A stretch of DNA of 63,996 nucleotides, the filler included, from Sphacelaria rigidula (Eukaryota): assembly GCA_964200075.2 (NCBI GenBank). It is 3 parts of 3 records of this genome, joined end to end, with 100 filler letters (N's around TTAATTAATTAA, not from the genome) between each part and the next. Parts side by side here need not be neighbours in the genome. Positions count along the whole stretch, not along the records: positions 21,575 to 43,042 come from CAXNAA020000420.1; 2 more parts are not named here. One strand, 5' to 3'. Numbering within the stretch: the first letter of the stretch is position 1; each line of letters begins with the position of its first letter. This document shows positions 23,444-36,309 of this stretch, piece after piece. A program made the position numbers and the translations under genes. Below the pieces are notes generated by a model, which was not told the DNA's origin, made no database searches, and saw only the letters and a program-made list of their open reading frames with translations.

Positions 23444-26400
23444 ATGAGCGGTACAGGAGAAGAGCGGAGTGTGGTGGACGAGCTGGAGGCTCCACCTCAG
23501 GCGTTGGTCGTAACACCAGAGGACTACCACAGCTTTCGAGAATGGAAAGCGTATCGAGCTAGGGGGTTTTCTACAGCTGGGGGCACAGAACCGCCCCAGC
23601 TGGAAGTCCAGGAAAGAGCAGCCCCGAGAGAGTTTAGAGCTGACACAACACTCACCGGGTCGGCCGGTCTGGGATTGGGTCGACTAGGGGCGGGGGCGGG
23701 AGCACCGCCCAGGGGCCCAACAGGTACGCATGCCCCTGACACATCGTTAGGAATGATGTTTGGTCTTTGGTTTCCCAGTACAGGGGATATAACAAGGTTT
23801 TCGTGAGATTGAGAGTAGAGGATACAATTGAGAGTGAAAAGCGGTCAATTCGTGACTGACCCGTTTCAGTTCCGAAATGCCCCTCCACGAGATCCAATAC
23901 CTTTTCTGTAGTAGCTTGCCGCTGAGACCCTTGATATCCCTGAGAAAGATATCGACGTGTAGCTGTAAGCACACGCCAGTGGTGGAGGGGAAAAAAACAC
24001 ACACACACGGAATGAAAAAGTGGCGAAGTCGAAGCAAATGAAAGAAGCCACTCTCAATCAGCGCTCTACTCTCAATCTCACAAAAACATTGTTGTATGCG
24101 GATGTCAAGAGCCGTTTGCAAAACCGAGGAAGTACACAATCAGCGTCGTTACTGATGAGTGTGGATTCTAGGACATTGAAAGCAAAGGATGTCACAAAGT
24201 TTACAAGTAAAACAAGTCATAGATGGACGACTTTTAAGCGTGGTGTAGAGCGATATGCGTTCATCTGGGGTTTCGGGGATGGCTTGTTTCGCGACTCACC
24301 GCTTTGTGTTGATCCTCTACATGAACCGCAGCTGTTAGGGTTGGGTGTCAGTGAGGATGATATCAAGCGAGCTCGCTTTGCGTATATATTGCTTCTGAAT
24401 ACTGTCAAGGATCCAGTCGCGAGGCATATCCTTGTGGATTCGCGATCACCGTCCATAGCATGGCGTGCATTGGACGAAGAGTTCTCTCCCAAAACCGCGG
24501 GAGCTAGAATGGACGTCTTAGACGAGTTGAACAATCTGAAGTACACAAAAGGGCAGGATACAGATGAGTTCTGGATCCAACTACAGCCAGTGCACTCATG
24601 TTCTGTAACGTTGGGATTGAAGATTCTCCTTAATATGATCGTGGATAAATTCCTAAATTCCCTCCTCGCTGAGTACACCACGATTCGAGACCAGTTGCGT
24701 TTCGAACCATCACTGTTGACTGACAAGACCCAAGCCCTTGTAAAGGATAAATTTCTGTATCTGAAGAAAACCGGTTCTTCCCGTGGTAGTTATCACAACC
24801 GTGCCTTGTATGCAGGCAGTAAGGGTTCCGGCTACAGGAGTAAGAAAAAAGGGGGCGGAAAGTCGCGAAAATCCGCGGCTGGATCAAGGGATGGGAATGC
24901 ACAATCAGATGGAAAAGCAGGGGGTGACGGTAGTTCTGCGGGTAAGAAGAAAGCCGTAGATAAGAAAAACCTCACCTGTTACGAGTGTGGCAAAACTGGC
25001 CATTTCAAGTTTGAGTGCCCAGAACGTGTTTGCGAGGTGTGCGGAGGGAAAGGACATTCAAAAGAGCTCCACAAAATGGTCGCAATGTGCACGTCTGACT
25101 CTTTTAAGGACTCAGTAGACTTTGGTTTCATAGCAGTCGGGACTGACGACTACGCGTCTGCAGCAGATGGTACACGAGGGGACTGCCCAGTTCTTGACGA
25201 CGGGGGGAAGGAGGTCTGGATCGCAGACAGTGCTGCAACATGTCATATGACCCCTTCGCGTGACTGCATGTATGACTATGAGCCTTGCTCTGGTCGTTCG
25301 GTAACGGTGGCTAACAGTCAAAAGGCGCCGATTTTGGGCTGTGGAAAAATCTTGTTGTCGACAGGTAGTGGCGAAGACAAGTTAACAGTCAGTATCAAGC
25401 GCGTGGTACACGTGCCTGATTTGGATGTAAACCTTTTCTCCCTGCAAAGTGTAGTGGTTAAGCATGGTTCGCCGATTAGTCTGACGAGAGAGTAGGGGGT
25501 GACACTGGTGGGCAAGTTCCACGAATGCAAAGGCTGCTCAATGGCGAAGGGGTTGCGGAAACCCATCCCTACGTCCACCACTATGCGTGCAGCTAAGCCT
25601 TTTGAGCGTGTGTTCATGGATGCGTCTGGCCCGAAATTGGTCGAGAGTGCAGGTGGAATGAAGTACTCTTTTCTTATCCGCGATGATTTCACTCGGAAAA
25701 TCTGGATGTATTTCGGGAAACATAAGTCTGGCACCACGAGGGCGTTTAAGAAATACCTGGCTGATGTAGGAGCACAGTGCATTCCCTCAGCTGTAGAGAC
25801 CGTAAGATCTGACGGTGGTGGAGAGTTCTCAGGTTCTGTCAGTGATCTGTGTCGTGAGCGTGGCATAAGGCAAGAATACACCCCAGCAGACAGTCCCGAG
25901 TACAATGGTGTTGCCGAACGGGCAATCGCGATGGTTGAGAAAGCCGCTATGACAGCTAGGATTCAGGCAAAGGTACTGTATGGCGTGGATGTTCCGGCAA
26001 GGATGTGGGCTGAGTCGTACCGTTGGGCAGCAGATGCGTTGAAACGTTTTGCTACCACTGCTAACCCTGGGAAGAAGTCCCCAGATGAGGTGTTTTACGG
26101 TGAAGTACCTGAAGTCAAGCTTCTCCCTTTCTTTAAGCCAGGATACTGAAGGTATGAGAGGACGTCGAAGTGTATGTCGAAAGTACAGGAGTGTTTTTAC
26201 TCAGGGCCTGGCTACAACTACCGCCGTGATACCATGAGAATGCAGACGAAAGGCAGATATGCAATCACTACTCGCGATGTTACTTGGCAGCGCTCATCTC
26301 CCCCAAAATCGCAGCAAGCGGTTCCGTTTTCTGTGTCGGGAGAGGAAAACTCACAGGATGTGGAGAGCGGGGAGGACGGTGTCGAGAGCTCCGATTCTGA

Positions 26401-28374
26401 CTCTGACGAGTCTGATCTCGGCACTGGTGGGGGGATTCCCTGTGGTGCTTTGTCAGAGGAACTTGATGGGATGGTGGAACCTGAGGAGAAGCGAGGCGGC
26501 AACAACGACGAAGAGTCTGGCCTGCAGCCGTCTGCTTCGCTTTTATCCTCTGATGATGATCTTTCGGAGACATCGTCTGTAGGCGGCGGCGGGGATGCCG
26601 CGAATCAACCTGACTCGGTTGAGCCGACACTTGGCCGGACAAGGCAACAGACACGAGCCTTGCTGCAGTAGCGTCAGGAGCACCGGCTTCAACAGCAAGT
26701 TCCAGACCTACGGGAGCATGAGGGTGTTCATAATGCGTTGTGGACAGCCACGGGGGATTTGTGGGCTACGGAATAGACCCTAGCGTAGCTGGCAAGCACG
26801 GAGGACCCAATACACTCAGGGGAGTCTGGGTTGGAGTTGATCCCATACGTGACTCTTGAAGAGATTGAGTCAGCTCCCAAGTCTGTGAAGGATGTGTACA
26901 GTTCTAAGTACAAGAGTGTGTGGTTGGACGCGATGAAGAAGGAAGTAGAGGGGCCAGAACGCAATTACACGTTGAGCATAATTGATCAACTCCCGTTTGG
27001 AGAGAATGCAGTCGATTCGAAGTGGGTTTTTCGGTGTAAAATCGATTAACATGGTTACGTGATGAAGGCTAAGGCTCGACTGCTTTTTAGGGGTGATCAG
27101 CAGGAAGTTGGCGACATTCCGACGTTCTCACCAACCCCACCCACTACGANNNNNNNNNGGAAATATGATTTTTCATTTTTATGTTGAGCAAGCATTCGTT
27201 CAGTCGGAACTAGAGGATGACGTGTACATGAGGCTACCGCCAAGTTTGGGGGAACGATCTGGCACTGTCGTGCATTTGCACGAGACGCTTTATGGCTTGA
27301 AGCAAGCTGCTAGAGAGAGGTACGGGAAACTGGGAAGAACTCTGTATGATCTGGGTTTCGAACAGAGTTTGATAGATCCGTGTGTGTTCAGGCTAATGGA
27401 CGGCGAGGAGGTCAAAGTTCTGATTGTGGCTCACGTCGATGACATGTTTGTTGTGGGTGCTGAGTCTGCGTGCAAGAAGTTGGCAGAGGATCTCAACGCA
27501 CGTTTTTAACGAAAAATCTTGGTGAGCTGGTCTGGTACGTAGGATGTGAGTACAAACACGATCTCGAGAAAGGGACCCTCAAATTGTCTCAGACTGCGTA
27601 TACTCGGTGGATTCTTGAACGATTTTCGATCAAAAGGACCGCTGTAACCCCTGCGTTTGTTTCTTCTGACTTCAAGGTGGATGAGGGAGAGGATTTCGAG
27701 AGGAGGTGCCGTGAGGCGGTGGCATCTGTGATGTGGCTCTCCATCAACACCCGCCCGGACATCGCTGACGCCGTGAAAGCTGCATCCCGCCATAACGAAA
27801 ACCCGACGCCAGAGGACTGGCGCAAAGTGTTGCGGATTTTCGAGTACCTCAAGACAACAGTAGACTTGGGAATCACGTATGCTAGGGGTTCGAGTGACGA
27901 GTTGGTGGCGTATGCGGATGCAGACTATGCGAAATTCGATGATCAGCGGTCAGTGTCGGGAGGGGCGATATTTTTCTGCGGGGCTGTTGTAGGATCTTCC
28001 TCTCGCACTCAAAAAAATGCAACTCTCTCTTCTACTCAGGCTGAATACGTAGCGATGGGAGACGTAGTGAAGGAGGGTCTGTTCGTGAAGGCGGTGTTGA
28101 AATTTATGCAGCCGCAAAAGAATGAATTTTGCATGCCACTGACGGTGTATGAGGATAACCAGGGGGCGATTCAACTCGCGAAAAATCCGCGAAGCTCCCA
28201 CAACAGCAAGCGCATTGATGTGCGTCATCATTTTCTGAGGAAATTGTGTCTGAAGAAACCATTCAAGTGGAGTATGTCAAGTCTCCTCAGCAGCACGCAG
28301 ACGTTTTGACAAAACCTCTGCCTGTTGGTGGTGGCTTCAGGTACCACAGGAATGTTCTGATGGATATCAAGTGA
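23444..28374 (+). pseudogene. Copia gag-pol, disrupted by stops, frameshifts, a MITE and a deletion
   Basis: Zinc knuckle CYECGKTGHFKFEC; protease WIADSAATCHM; integrase VRSDGGGEF...NGVAERA; RT LYGLKQAA and VAHVDDM; RNase H YADADYA...STQAEYVA...YEDNQGAI. Confidence 0.9.
23790..24094. mobile_element. ~300-bp MITE nested in Copia gag
   Basis: ~30-bp TIR (T/C)AACAA(G/T)GTTTT(C/T)GTGAGATTGAGAGTAGAG, with TA on both flanks; a second, inverted copy lies at 31239-31537. Confidence 0.8.
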
Positions 28375-28695
28375 CTTTGACAATCTTGAAAGTTGAAGTG
28401 AGACCGGTTTATAGTCTTGAACCTTGTATTTTCTATGTCAAGCTATGGACGTTTGGAGTGAGGTGCGGCCGCGAGGTTGTAGCTGAGTGTGTCTCATTAG
28501 GAGCAAAGCGCATTTTCACGAGACTCGTGTCATAGCCAAGGCCAAACTATATTTCTGCCATGGCTTGGGTGTGATTTGTGTTTCTTCGGGGGCAGGAAAC
28601 GAGTTTTGGTCGAAGTGGTCTGAAGTTTTTTTCCCGTGTGTTGATTCGAATTTTCGACATGCGACTGATTCCCCAGTGTGCAAAATCAGGGAGGG

Positions 28696-29213
28696 TGTTA
28701 ATCGTGTGATTTCACTCATGGTAAATGTAAGATCCAGGATACTATAACGAGACTATCGGAGGAAAATGTGGCGAATTAACCGATGGGAAGTGGTACTGGT
28801 GATTTTTAGAAATGGTACTGTAGAATGACGGTTCGGATCGATTCTCGGAATGTTCTTGAAAGTGTTCGTTGTTCTCACTTTTGTTCTCGAATGATCCGGA
28901 AACGACGGGGAGTTATCTTGTGGTATACGATATGTTTAAACGGGATGAAACAGGATATACTTGCTGTAGGTCGGGAAGGATTCTCGACGAAGATGTGCCT
29001 CCGCATCTCTCGCCCCACCGTGTTCAGTGTGTGTGTGTGTGTGTGTGCTTTCCTACCCCATGAGCGGTCTGATTTGAATGAGATGATAAGACAACTATAC
29101 ACTTCTGCTTCTGGAACTTCATCTTCGACAGCGGACGCTACGCGAGATTGCCTTCTACGTTTTTGGTTGAGAATTGGGTGCTCAAGCCGTATTAATCTGG
29201 ACTCTACCGAACA
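28696..29213 (+). repeat. Copia 3' LTR
   Basis: TG...CA termini; direct repeat of the 5' LTR. Confidence 0.9.
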
Positions 29214-29459
29214 CACCACGAGACCCCAATCTCCATGTGAATTCGACCTGGAGGGGTGATGACCCTGCCTTATCCGTACTCGTTCAATCTTCTGGACTTT
29301 CGATTGGATGTAAGGTGGTCAACCTTCACGCTTTTACTTACATGTCTAGGTTTTGGCTTTATTCTTGTCTTGCGTTTGTTATGATACTGAAGGGGAGAAT
29401 CTCGGTTGTTTTCCGTCTTGATATGGGAAAGTAGATCTGTCTTTTCTCACTATTCCACA

Positions 29460-30775
29460 TTCATATACATGCTGTGTTATGGTACGGTAGAGGAAACGGA
29501 GGGTTAGCTTCTCAATTTAATATCGATGTCCGGGTTGTATTATGGTACGTGAGAGAAAAAATAGGGGTTATCGTCTTCATTTCATGTCTATGTCTGGGCT
29601 GTGTGATGTTATCTTGAAGAAAAAAAGGAGAAAAAAAGGGGTTATCTTCTCTATTTCATGTCCATGACCGGGCTGTGTTATGGTAGGCTAAAGAGAAGGA
29701 GGGGTAGCCTTCCTGTTCCACGTCTATGCCCGGGCTGCGTTATGGTAGGTTGAAGAAAAAAGAGGACCAGCTTCTCTATTCCATGTTTACGTCCGGGCTG
29801 TGTCAGGGTCGGTTAAAAGAAAACGATGCTTAGCTTCTCTACTACATGTCTATGTCCGGGCTGCGTTATGGTAGGTTGAAGAAAAAGGATGGTTAGCTTC
29901 TCTACTCCATGTCTTTGTCCGGGCTGTGTTATGGCATGTTAGAGGTAAAGGAGTTTCATGTCTATGCCCTGGCTGTGTTACGGTAGGTGATACAAAAGGA
30001 GGGTTGTCTTCTTTGCGCCATGTCTATGTCCGGGCTGTGTGATATTATCTTGAAGAAAAATGAGTTTCATGTCCATGTCCGGGCTGTATTATGATACGTG
30101 AAGTAAAATGAGGGTTAGCTTCTTCATTTCACGTCTATGTCCGGGCTGTGTGATGTTATTTTGAAGTAGAGAAAGGGGAGGGGCGTATCTTCTCTATTTC
30201 ATGTTTATGACCGGGCTGTGTTATGGTAGGCTAAAGAAAGGGAGGGTTAGCCTTCTTGTTCCATGTCTATGTCCGGGCTGCGTTATGATAGGTTGGAGAA
30301 AAAGTAGGGTAACCTTATCTATTTCATGTCTATGTCCGGACTGTGTTATGGTAGCTTCATTCAAGGAAAAGGAGGGTTAGCTTCTTTGTTTCATGTATAT
30401 GACCGGGTTGTGTTATGGTAGTAGGTGAAAGGAAGAGGAGGGTTAGCTTCTTTGTTCCATGTCTATGTCCGGGCTGTGTTATGGCATGTTAGAGGCAAAG
30501 GAGTTTCATGTCTATGTCCTGGCTGTGTTAGGGTAGGTGGTATAAAGGAGGGTTGGCTTCTTTATTTCATGTCTATGTCCGGGCTCTGTCATGGCAAATT
30601 AAGGGAAAACGAGTTCCATGTCTATGTCCGGGCTGTATTATGGTACGTGAAGTAAAAGGAGGGTTAGCTTCTTTATTCCATGTCTATGCCCGGGCTGTGT
30701 TGTGGTAGGCTTAAGAAAAGGAGGGTTAGCTTCCCTGTTTCATGTTTATGTCCGGACTGTGATATGGTATCGGAG
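29460..30775. repeat. Minisatellite of ~49-70-bp (modal 62-63) units with higher-order periodicity
   Basis: About 20 copies of the core CATGTCTATGTCCGGGCTGTGTTATGGTA followed by a purine-rich GAAAAGGAGGGTTAGCTTCT segment. Confidence 0.92.
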
Positions 30776-31238
30776 AAAAAAACGGATAAGGGAGAAACGT
30801 AGAGAAGAAGAAATACGAATAAAATTACCAAGAAGAAAGGAAAAAAAACATAATGGCTATGGAAAAAGAAGTAGCCAGCAGGTTCCGGTTTGATTGTTGT
30901 CGAGAGAGGGAAGTGAATATGTTCGGGTCATTTTGTGGGTGGCCCTGGTCTTGGGGATGTATCCTTTGTTTGCCAACATTGCACAGCAGTAGTTGTCCTA
31001 TTGAAGCTGGTTTTCTCGTCTTCGAGTCGTGTTTATTTTTGTATTGCTCAGGTTGCTTCTTGTCTCTCTGTGTAGACAGCAAATCGTCGAATTGTGGTTG
31101 GATGGCACCGCATTCCATCGTGTAAAGGGCTCTCGAGCCCACGGTCTCGTGCCCACGTAGCTAGCCCGTGAACGTCGATCTGTCCCCTCTGTTGTGTCGG
31201 GGGGTCACAGAAGCCCCCAGCGGATCCAATACCACGCT

Positions 31239-31537
31239 CAACGATGTGTTGGTGAAATTGAGAGTTCAGCGTTGATTGAGAGCGAGTTCTGTTAACGCTC
31301 TAACTTCGACAGTTTTCCATTTCGTGTGTGCTTTGTTTTGCCTGTAACTGCCGTGTGCTTACAGCTACATGTCGATATCCTCTTCAGGAATATCAAAGGC
31401 CTCAGTGGTAAACTACTGCAGAAAGTGTATCGGGTCTCGTGGAGGTGCATTTCGGAACTTGGACATTGCATTCATCAGCTGATCACTCCTGACTCTTCAT
31501 CGTACCCTGGACTCTAAATTTCACGGAATCATTGTTG
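31239..31537. mobile_element. MITE, inverted copy of the 23790-24094 family
   Basis: CAACGATG...CATTGTTG ends; internal GTGTGCTTACAGCTACA.GTCGATATC matches the reverse complement of the first copy. Confidence 0.75.
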
Positions 31538-31744
31538 CTATTGGCCTCTGTGGGGCACCCTCGATCCCTGTAGAAGGTTCGCTGGTGCCCTCTCCTTCCT
31601 ACGGGATGTAGGAGGTCGATATCCTGCCAGAGCCTTGACTCGTGTTCCACCTCTAGAGTCTTGTCCACCCCCCTCTCCTCTAGACGAATGCTTGTTCGGT
31701 CCCTCAGGAGCGGGCAGGAGGTGATACCCTCCCTCCATGAAATC

Positions 31745-32070
31745 CAAAACGTACTCAGCTAGAGGGCGACCTTTTCCATGGCATTCCACTAGAGTAGCTC
31801 CGTGGATGCCGTCAGGAGGCATGCAGGGGGTCGAGATCCCTCTGCACGGTTGGCTTCTTTTTCGCTTCTAGAGTCTTGTCCACAGCAAAATGTACCCAAC
31901 TAGAGGACGGCCGTATCCGTGACATCTCTCCAGAGTGACTCCATGGATGCTCCTGGAGGGGACAGGACGTGATACCTTCCCTCTCGAGGACATCAAAACG
32001 TACCCAACTGGAGGGCGGCCGTATCCGTGGCATCTTCCTAGAGTGACTTCGTGGACGCCCTCTGGAGGGA
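31745..32070. repeat. Three diverged copies of a ~73-bp core
   Basis: AAAA.GTAC.CA.CT.GAGG.C..CC.T.TCC.TG.CAT...AGAGT..CT.C.TGGA.GC at about 31746, 31887 and 31995. Confidence 0.7.
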
Positions 32071-33413
32071 CGGAGGGGGGGACCAAATCGCCGCGTGTGA
32101 ATAGATTATATGAATAGATGTGAGGGTCAAAGATCTGTGTAGAAGTTGGAGAAGTCGTTAGTATGTGGAATTTATCTAAGTGGCAATGAGTGGGATGGTT
32201 ATTGATGCACTGTTTGGTGAACAAGATATCTTCAAAGCACAGACTAAAAATATATACGTATCATAGTCGATACCTCTGCCCCAGATCGAAAACCGCGTTT
32301 TCTGATCATCGTGGTTTTCGAGTTTCGATAGAGCAAGAAGACACCTTCATCACGCAGCGAAGCATACCAACGTACCGAGTCAGAACCAGAGGCTGGTGGT
32401 GCTCTCGTTAAGGTCGAAACATATACCACTTGGTGCCCCAGAATAGATTGGGAAGAATCACACGAAAAGCATGCACGCTCACACACTGAAGGAGCGAAAA
32501 ACTTCGAAGTGCATCACGGAGAGGGGACAAAGACACCTGATCGAAAACAGGCCTATGAAAACACAAGTTGGGAAAGAGGTGACAGGACAATATACTATTT
32601 TGGCTACAACGATCCATGAAAATAGAAAGCGAAGGAACAGAAGCACACCCAACACCAATATGCAAGAAATATGCAAAGCAATGATTCTACCTCCCGTTTT
32701 GACCCCAGCGGATACGTCAAGCAAACCTATACTGAAAAGTCCAAAAAGTGGGGGGTAGAAACACGAGCAGAGAGCCTCGAAGGGGCGAAGAGAACCGTGA
32801 GCTTCGATATAATAAAACGGCACTTCTTCATTACTTCGGAGGCGGTCGGCGGTCGAGCCTCATTGGCCTCCATCGAAGAATGTCATCAAGCGTCTGACAA
32901 TAATTTGTCCGGCGGCCTTGACTTCGCGGGGAAGAACATGCTATGAGAGAATACAAGAATAACTCATACTGGCTGACACTATCGCAAATTTGGAGACAAA
33001 CATCGTAAACACGGAAGGAATAACAGACAGACAAAGGACTACTTTTCGTTACATCGCCGGAAAAAGCAGTAGAGGTCTTGAAGGCACGAGATGCAAGCAC
33101 ACCCAATGAGACCTCAGCACTTAGAGGGGCTGATGCGTTGTTGGTGAAGCAGGTACCCGGAGCCACCCACATAATATTACATATTTGACGCCCTCTCTAC
33201 AGGCACAGTGCTTTTCTGATGCCATATCAAGGCCTACACGTCACCTTGAAAAACGAGTCAGAACTTCACTCGCTAATAATCAACAAAATGCAGGAGGTAA
33301 CCCATTCGGCTGCTGTGTGCATAAAACATCGGCTCAGCTCGGTCTAATACCCTTCATCGATACTCCGCACGGCACGGCTCTCAGCGAACGGGCCCGGTGT
33401 TGAGCATCATCCG

Positions 33414-33683
33414 TCACCCATCCCTTGCCTTGATGCCCTCCAAGATGGCTCTGAATGTAGTACGTTCCTCGGGCTCGTCACCCCAGCAGCTCCTGGCCAT
33501 GTCCACGATGTCGGTAGGAGCGTCCGCATGGAACGAAGGTCGAATACCCCTCAGTACGGCGGTCAGTATATCGCGAGGACGCGTCTTGTTCGCCCAAGGC
33601 AGTTCCCTGGAGAACACCTCCCAAACCACGATCCCAAAGCTGTAGACATCGCTTGCGTAGGAGGTTCTTTGTGACTCAAGCAC
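33414..33683 (-). CDS. Tyrosine-kinase-like (TKL) protein kinase, terminal exon (subdomains IX-XI); upstream exons not found
   Basis: ccgcag|VLESQRTSYASDVYSFGIVVWEVFSRELPW...GIRP...MARSCWGDEPEERTTFRAIL...stop. Confidence 0.8.
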   Translation of the reverse strand: MLESQRTSYASDVYSFGIVVWEVFSRELPWANKTRPRDILTAVLRGIRPSFHADAPTDIVDMARSCWGDEPEERTTFRAILEGIKARDG

Positions 33684-34815
33684 CTGCGGATGTACCGTAA
33701 AATGTACAATAAAATGTACAATAAAATGTACCATGAAATGCCCCGGTTAGGACCAGCAGGGGGGGGGTTAAGAAATGAATTCGCCGTTTCCATGCCGCAC
33801 ATCTTCACGATGTCAAGCCTAGTCAGTACGACAGTACCATCGACAACCACGGCATCAAATCATTGGGTAGTGCTTGTGCTGCTGAAGTCGCAGTCCCCAG
33901 AACATCAGTTGACCTTAAGGGACGGGCGTTTCCAATTAGTGGGAACATGTCAAGATACACGATGATTCACGGGAAATACCCCAAAAACAATCATCGGCAA
34001 AACTTCACGCCGTTTCAAGGAGTTCAACCCTGGGATTTTGCACACATGTGCTATGGGCCATTACGCAACTTTCAAAGGTCGTGTTTTTTTGTTTTTACGT
34101 TTCGAATTTTTCCATAGTTTTTCCTGTACATTGCACTGCTTGCGATTGTTGCTTCACAAGCGGGACAACTATCGTTCGTAAAACAATGTACTACATGCTG
34201 CAGCTTCAAGCACGCAGTCTGAACTATCCTGCGTTGTCGAAAATCTGTGCCGTATTGTAGGCAGTAAAAATTACGGCACTGTTCGCCCACAACAGCGGCC
34301 ATGTACGGTGTATATCTACTCCGTTGTACTGCGCAGCGTCGTACTGGGCCGTGCTTTAAAGTAACTGTGCTCTATAGCCCCTTTATATTGTATCCCACAG
34401 TACACGTGACTTTCCTGCCCGGTATCATATCGTGTGTCGATACGATACCGTACTGTACTGGGTCATACTCTCTGTGCTACGTGGTCTGTACTGCACTAAA
34501 ATATGGCACTCTTTTGGATTGCAAGTGTATTTCGCTTGCCCGCTCGTACTGCATGCCACCCAGCTTCCACCCCAGCTAATTGCAGCGGATCTTACGATTC
34601 TGCCGACCGATACCGTCAGTTGAACTGGAAATCAGAGTGTCGGGATTTTTCAGTCGATTCTCTCCTTTGCTGTTCGCACCAAAAATTGGCGATAGGCAAA
34701 CCGAATCAGCACGTCGACGAACACTTTCGGAAACACCGATATGGAACCGTTACGTTGACCCCACTATTTGGACTGACTCGATCCGCCCCTGTAAGGATAC
34801 ATGTCAATGTTGCAC

Positions 34816-35735
34816 ACCCTAGACAATACAATATGTAATATATATCGAGGCGTCGGGTGGTCAATATATATTGGGCGAGCAGTATGATGGCACGAGAGAG
34901 GGTCAATATATATTGTGCCATCCATTCATCAAGGCTCGCAACATGCAATATATATCGATGGAACAATATATCACGACACGCGCCACCTCAATATATATTG
35001 GCCGAGTAATATGTTGGTACGAGAAGGCACCAACGTATATTTATCGAATAATATATTTGCTGCCACCCGAGGTCAATATACATTGACGACTCAATATACT
35101 CAACACCCGAAGCGCCAATATATATTGCCGCCCCAATATGTCGTGCGTCATTGCGTCCAATATATATTGGGTGGACAATACACGAGGGAACCGACGGTCA
35201 CAATACATGTTGATGTAGCAAAATATATTGATCTTAGACATATAGATTGGAAAGTGTATTGGAATTAGTATTGTGGGCAGCTCTTTGTTCGCGGGCGCCA
35301 CTCAAAAACGTATTTTACAAGCCGAAAATGCCCAATGTATTCCTCCGCAAGCGTGTTCAAAATATATTGGCTGCACAATAGCCACCCGATCAGCGTGCGC
35401 AATATATATTGGAAAAACAATACTTCTGCATGGTTTGCGTTCAATATATGTTATGGTAACAATATGCTACGCATCGCTTTGACTCAATATATATAGACAC
35501 TTCAGTACACACACGGCCGGCATGCACAATATATATTGAATGTTTTATTCTCGGAGCAACTGCATGTCCAATATATGTTGACATACATTACGTCATGATC
35601 ATGACACGAGAAATATATGTTGTTGCTTCAATATCTCCGAGGACATCTCAACACAATATATATTGGAAGGATATTTGCGCTGGCCCCAATACAAAGTATT
35701 GGTATTATATTGGAACGTATTATATTATCCAGGGT
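34816..35735. mobile_element. AT-rich TIR element built from CAATATATATTG palindromes
   Basis: Imperfect 21-bp TIR ACCCTAGACAATACAATATGT / ACGTATTATATTATCCAGGGT; many internal CAATATA(TA)TTG units; a related fragment at about 36085-36280. Confidence 0.7.
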
Positions 35736-36309
35736 ATAAGCAACACAGCCCTGGTGACCACAGGGGTACCAAAAGGCTCATATCGACCCGCGTTTTCTGT
35801 CGCCGTGACGTTTAGCCAAGATATTTGCATTACATGCTGGGAAGGGGATGGGCGGCCCCGCACCGGTGACCAGATAGGTATCAGGGGGCATATATACCAG
35901 GTCGCCTCTTCTGTCACCATATTTTCTAACCAGTATACATATATATATATATATATCGAACGCATTCGACAACTTCCGCAGTAATGTAGGCGAACTTCTG
36001 CGGCTCCCTTTAAAGCTTTTCTCCATCTGCACGGGCTCCGGCATCCATCGCGTCTGGATCTCTCCTAGGGCGTACACGATACTTCTAATATCTAATATAT
36101 ATTGACCGGCCAATACATTGTCACCCACGCAGACCCAATATATATTGACCGGTCAATATGTTCTCATCAATGCGACCCTAATATATATTGGTCGTGCAAT
36201 ATGTTGTCGCCCACGCTGCCCCAATATATACTGATGGGACAATATGTGTTCAACCCAATAGTACCAATATATATTGATTTCCGCTCCTCCACTGATGTTA
36301 AACGCACCA

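Larger units (their letters stand above)
22852..29213 (+). mobile_element. Ty1/Copia LTR retrotransposon, full length but decayed
   Basis: Two similar LTRs (22852-23386 and 28696-29213), purine tract AAAATCAGGGAGGG before the 3' LTR, 5-bp TSD CACTA/CACCA, and gag-PR-IN-RT-RH domain order. Confidence 0.93.

Noticed and set aside
29460-30775. CRISPR-like array (conserved core plus variable spacers)
   Set aside because: The linkers are homologous to each other, the cores are degenerate, no cas genes are present and the context is eukaryotic; it is a minisatellite.
29460-30775. 21-aa repeat protein on the minus strand (TITQPGHRHE...)
   Set aside because: Unit lengths of 49 and 62 bp break the frame repeatedly and no long ORF exists.
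32090-33200. Possible decayed retroelement ORF
   Set aside because: Coding-like patches but no motif I could recognise.
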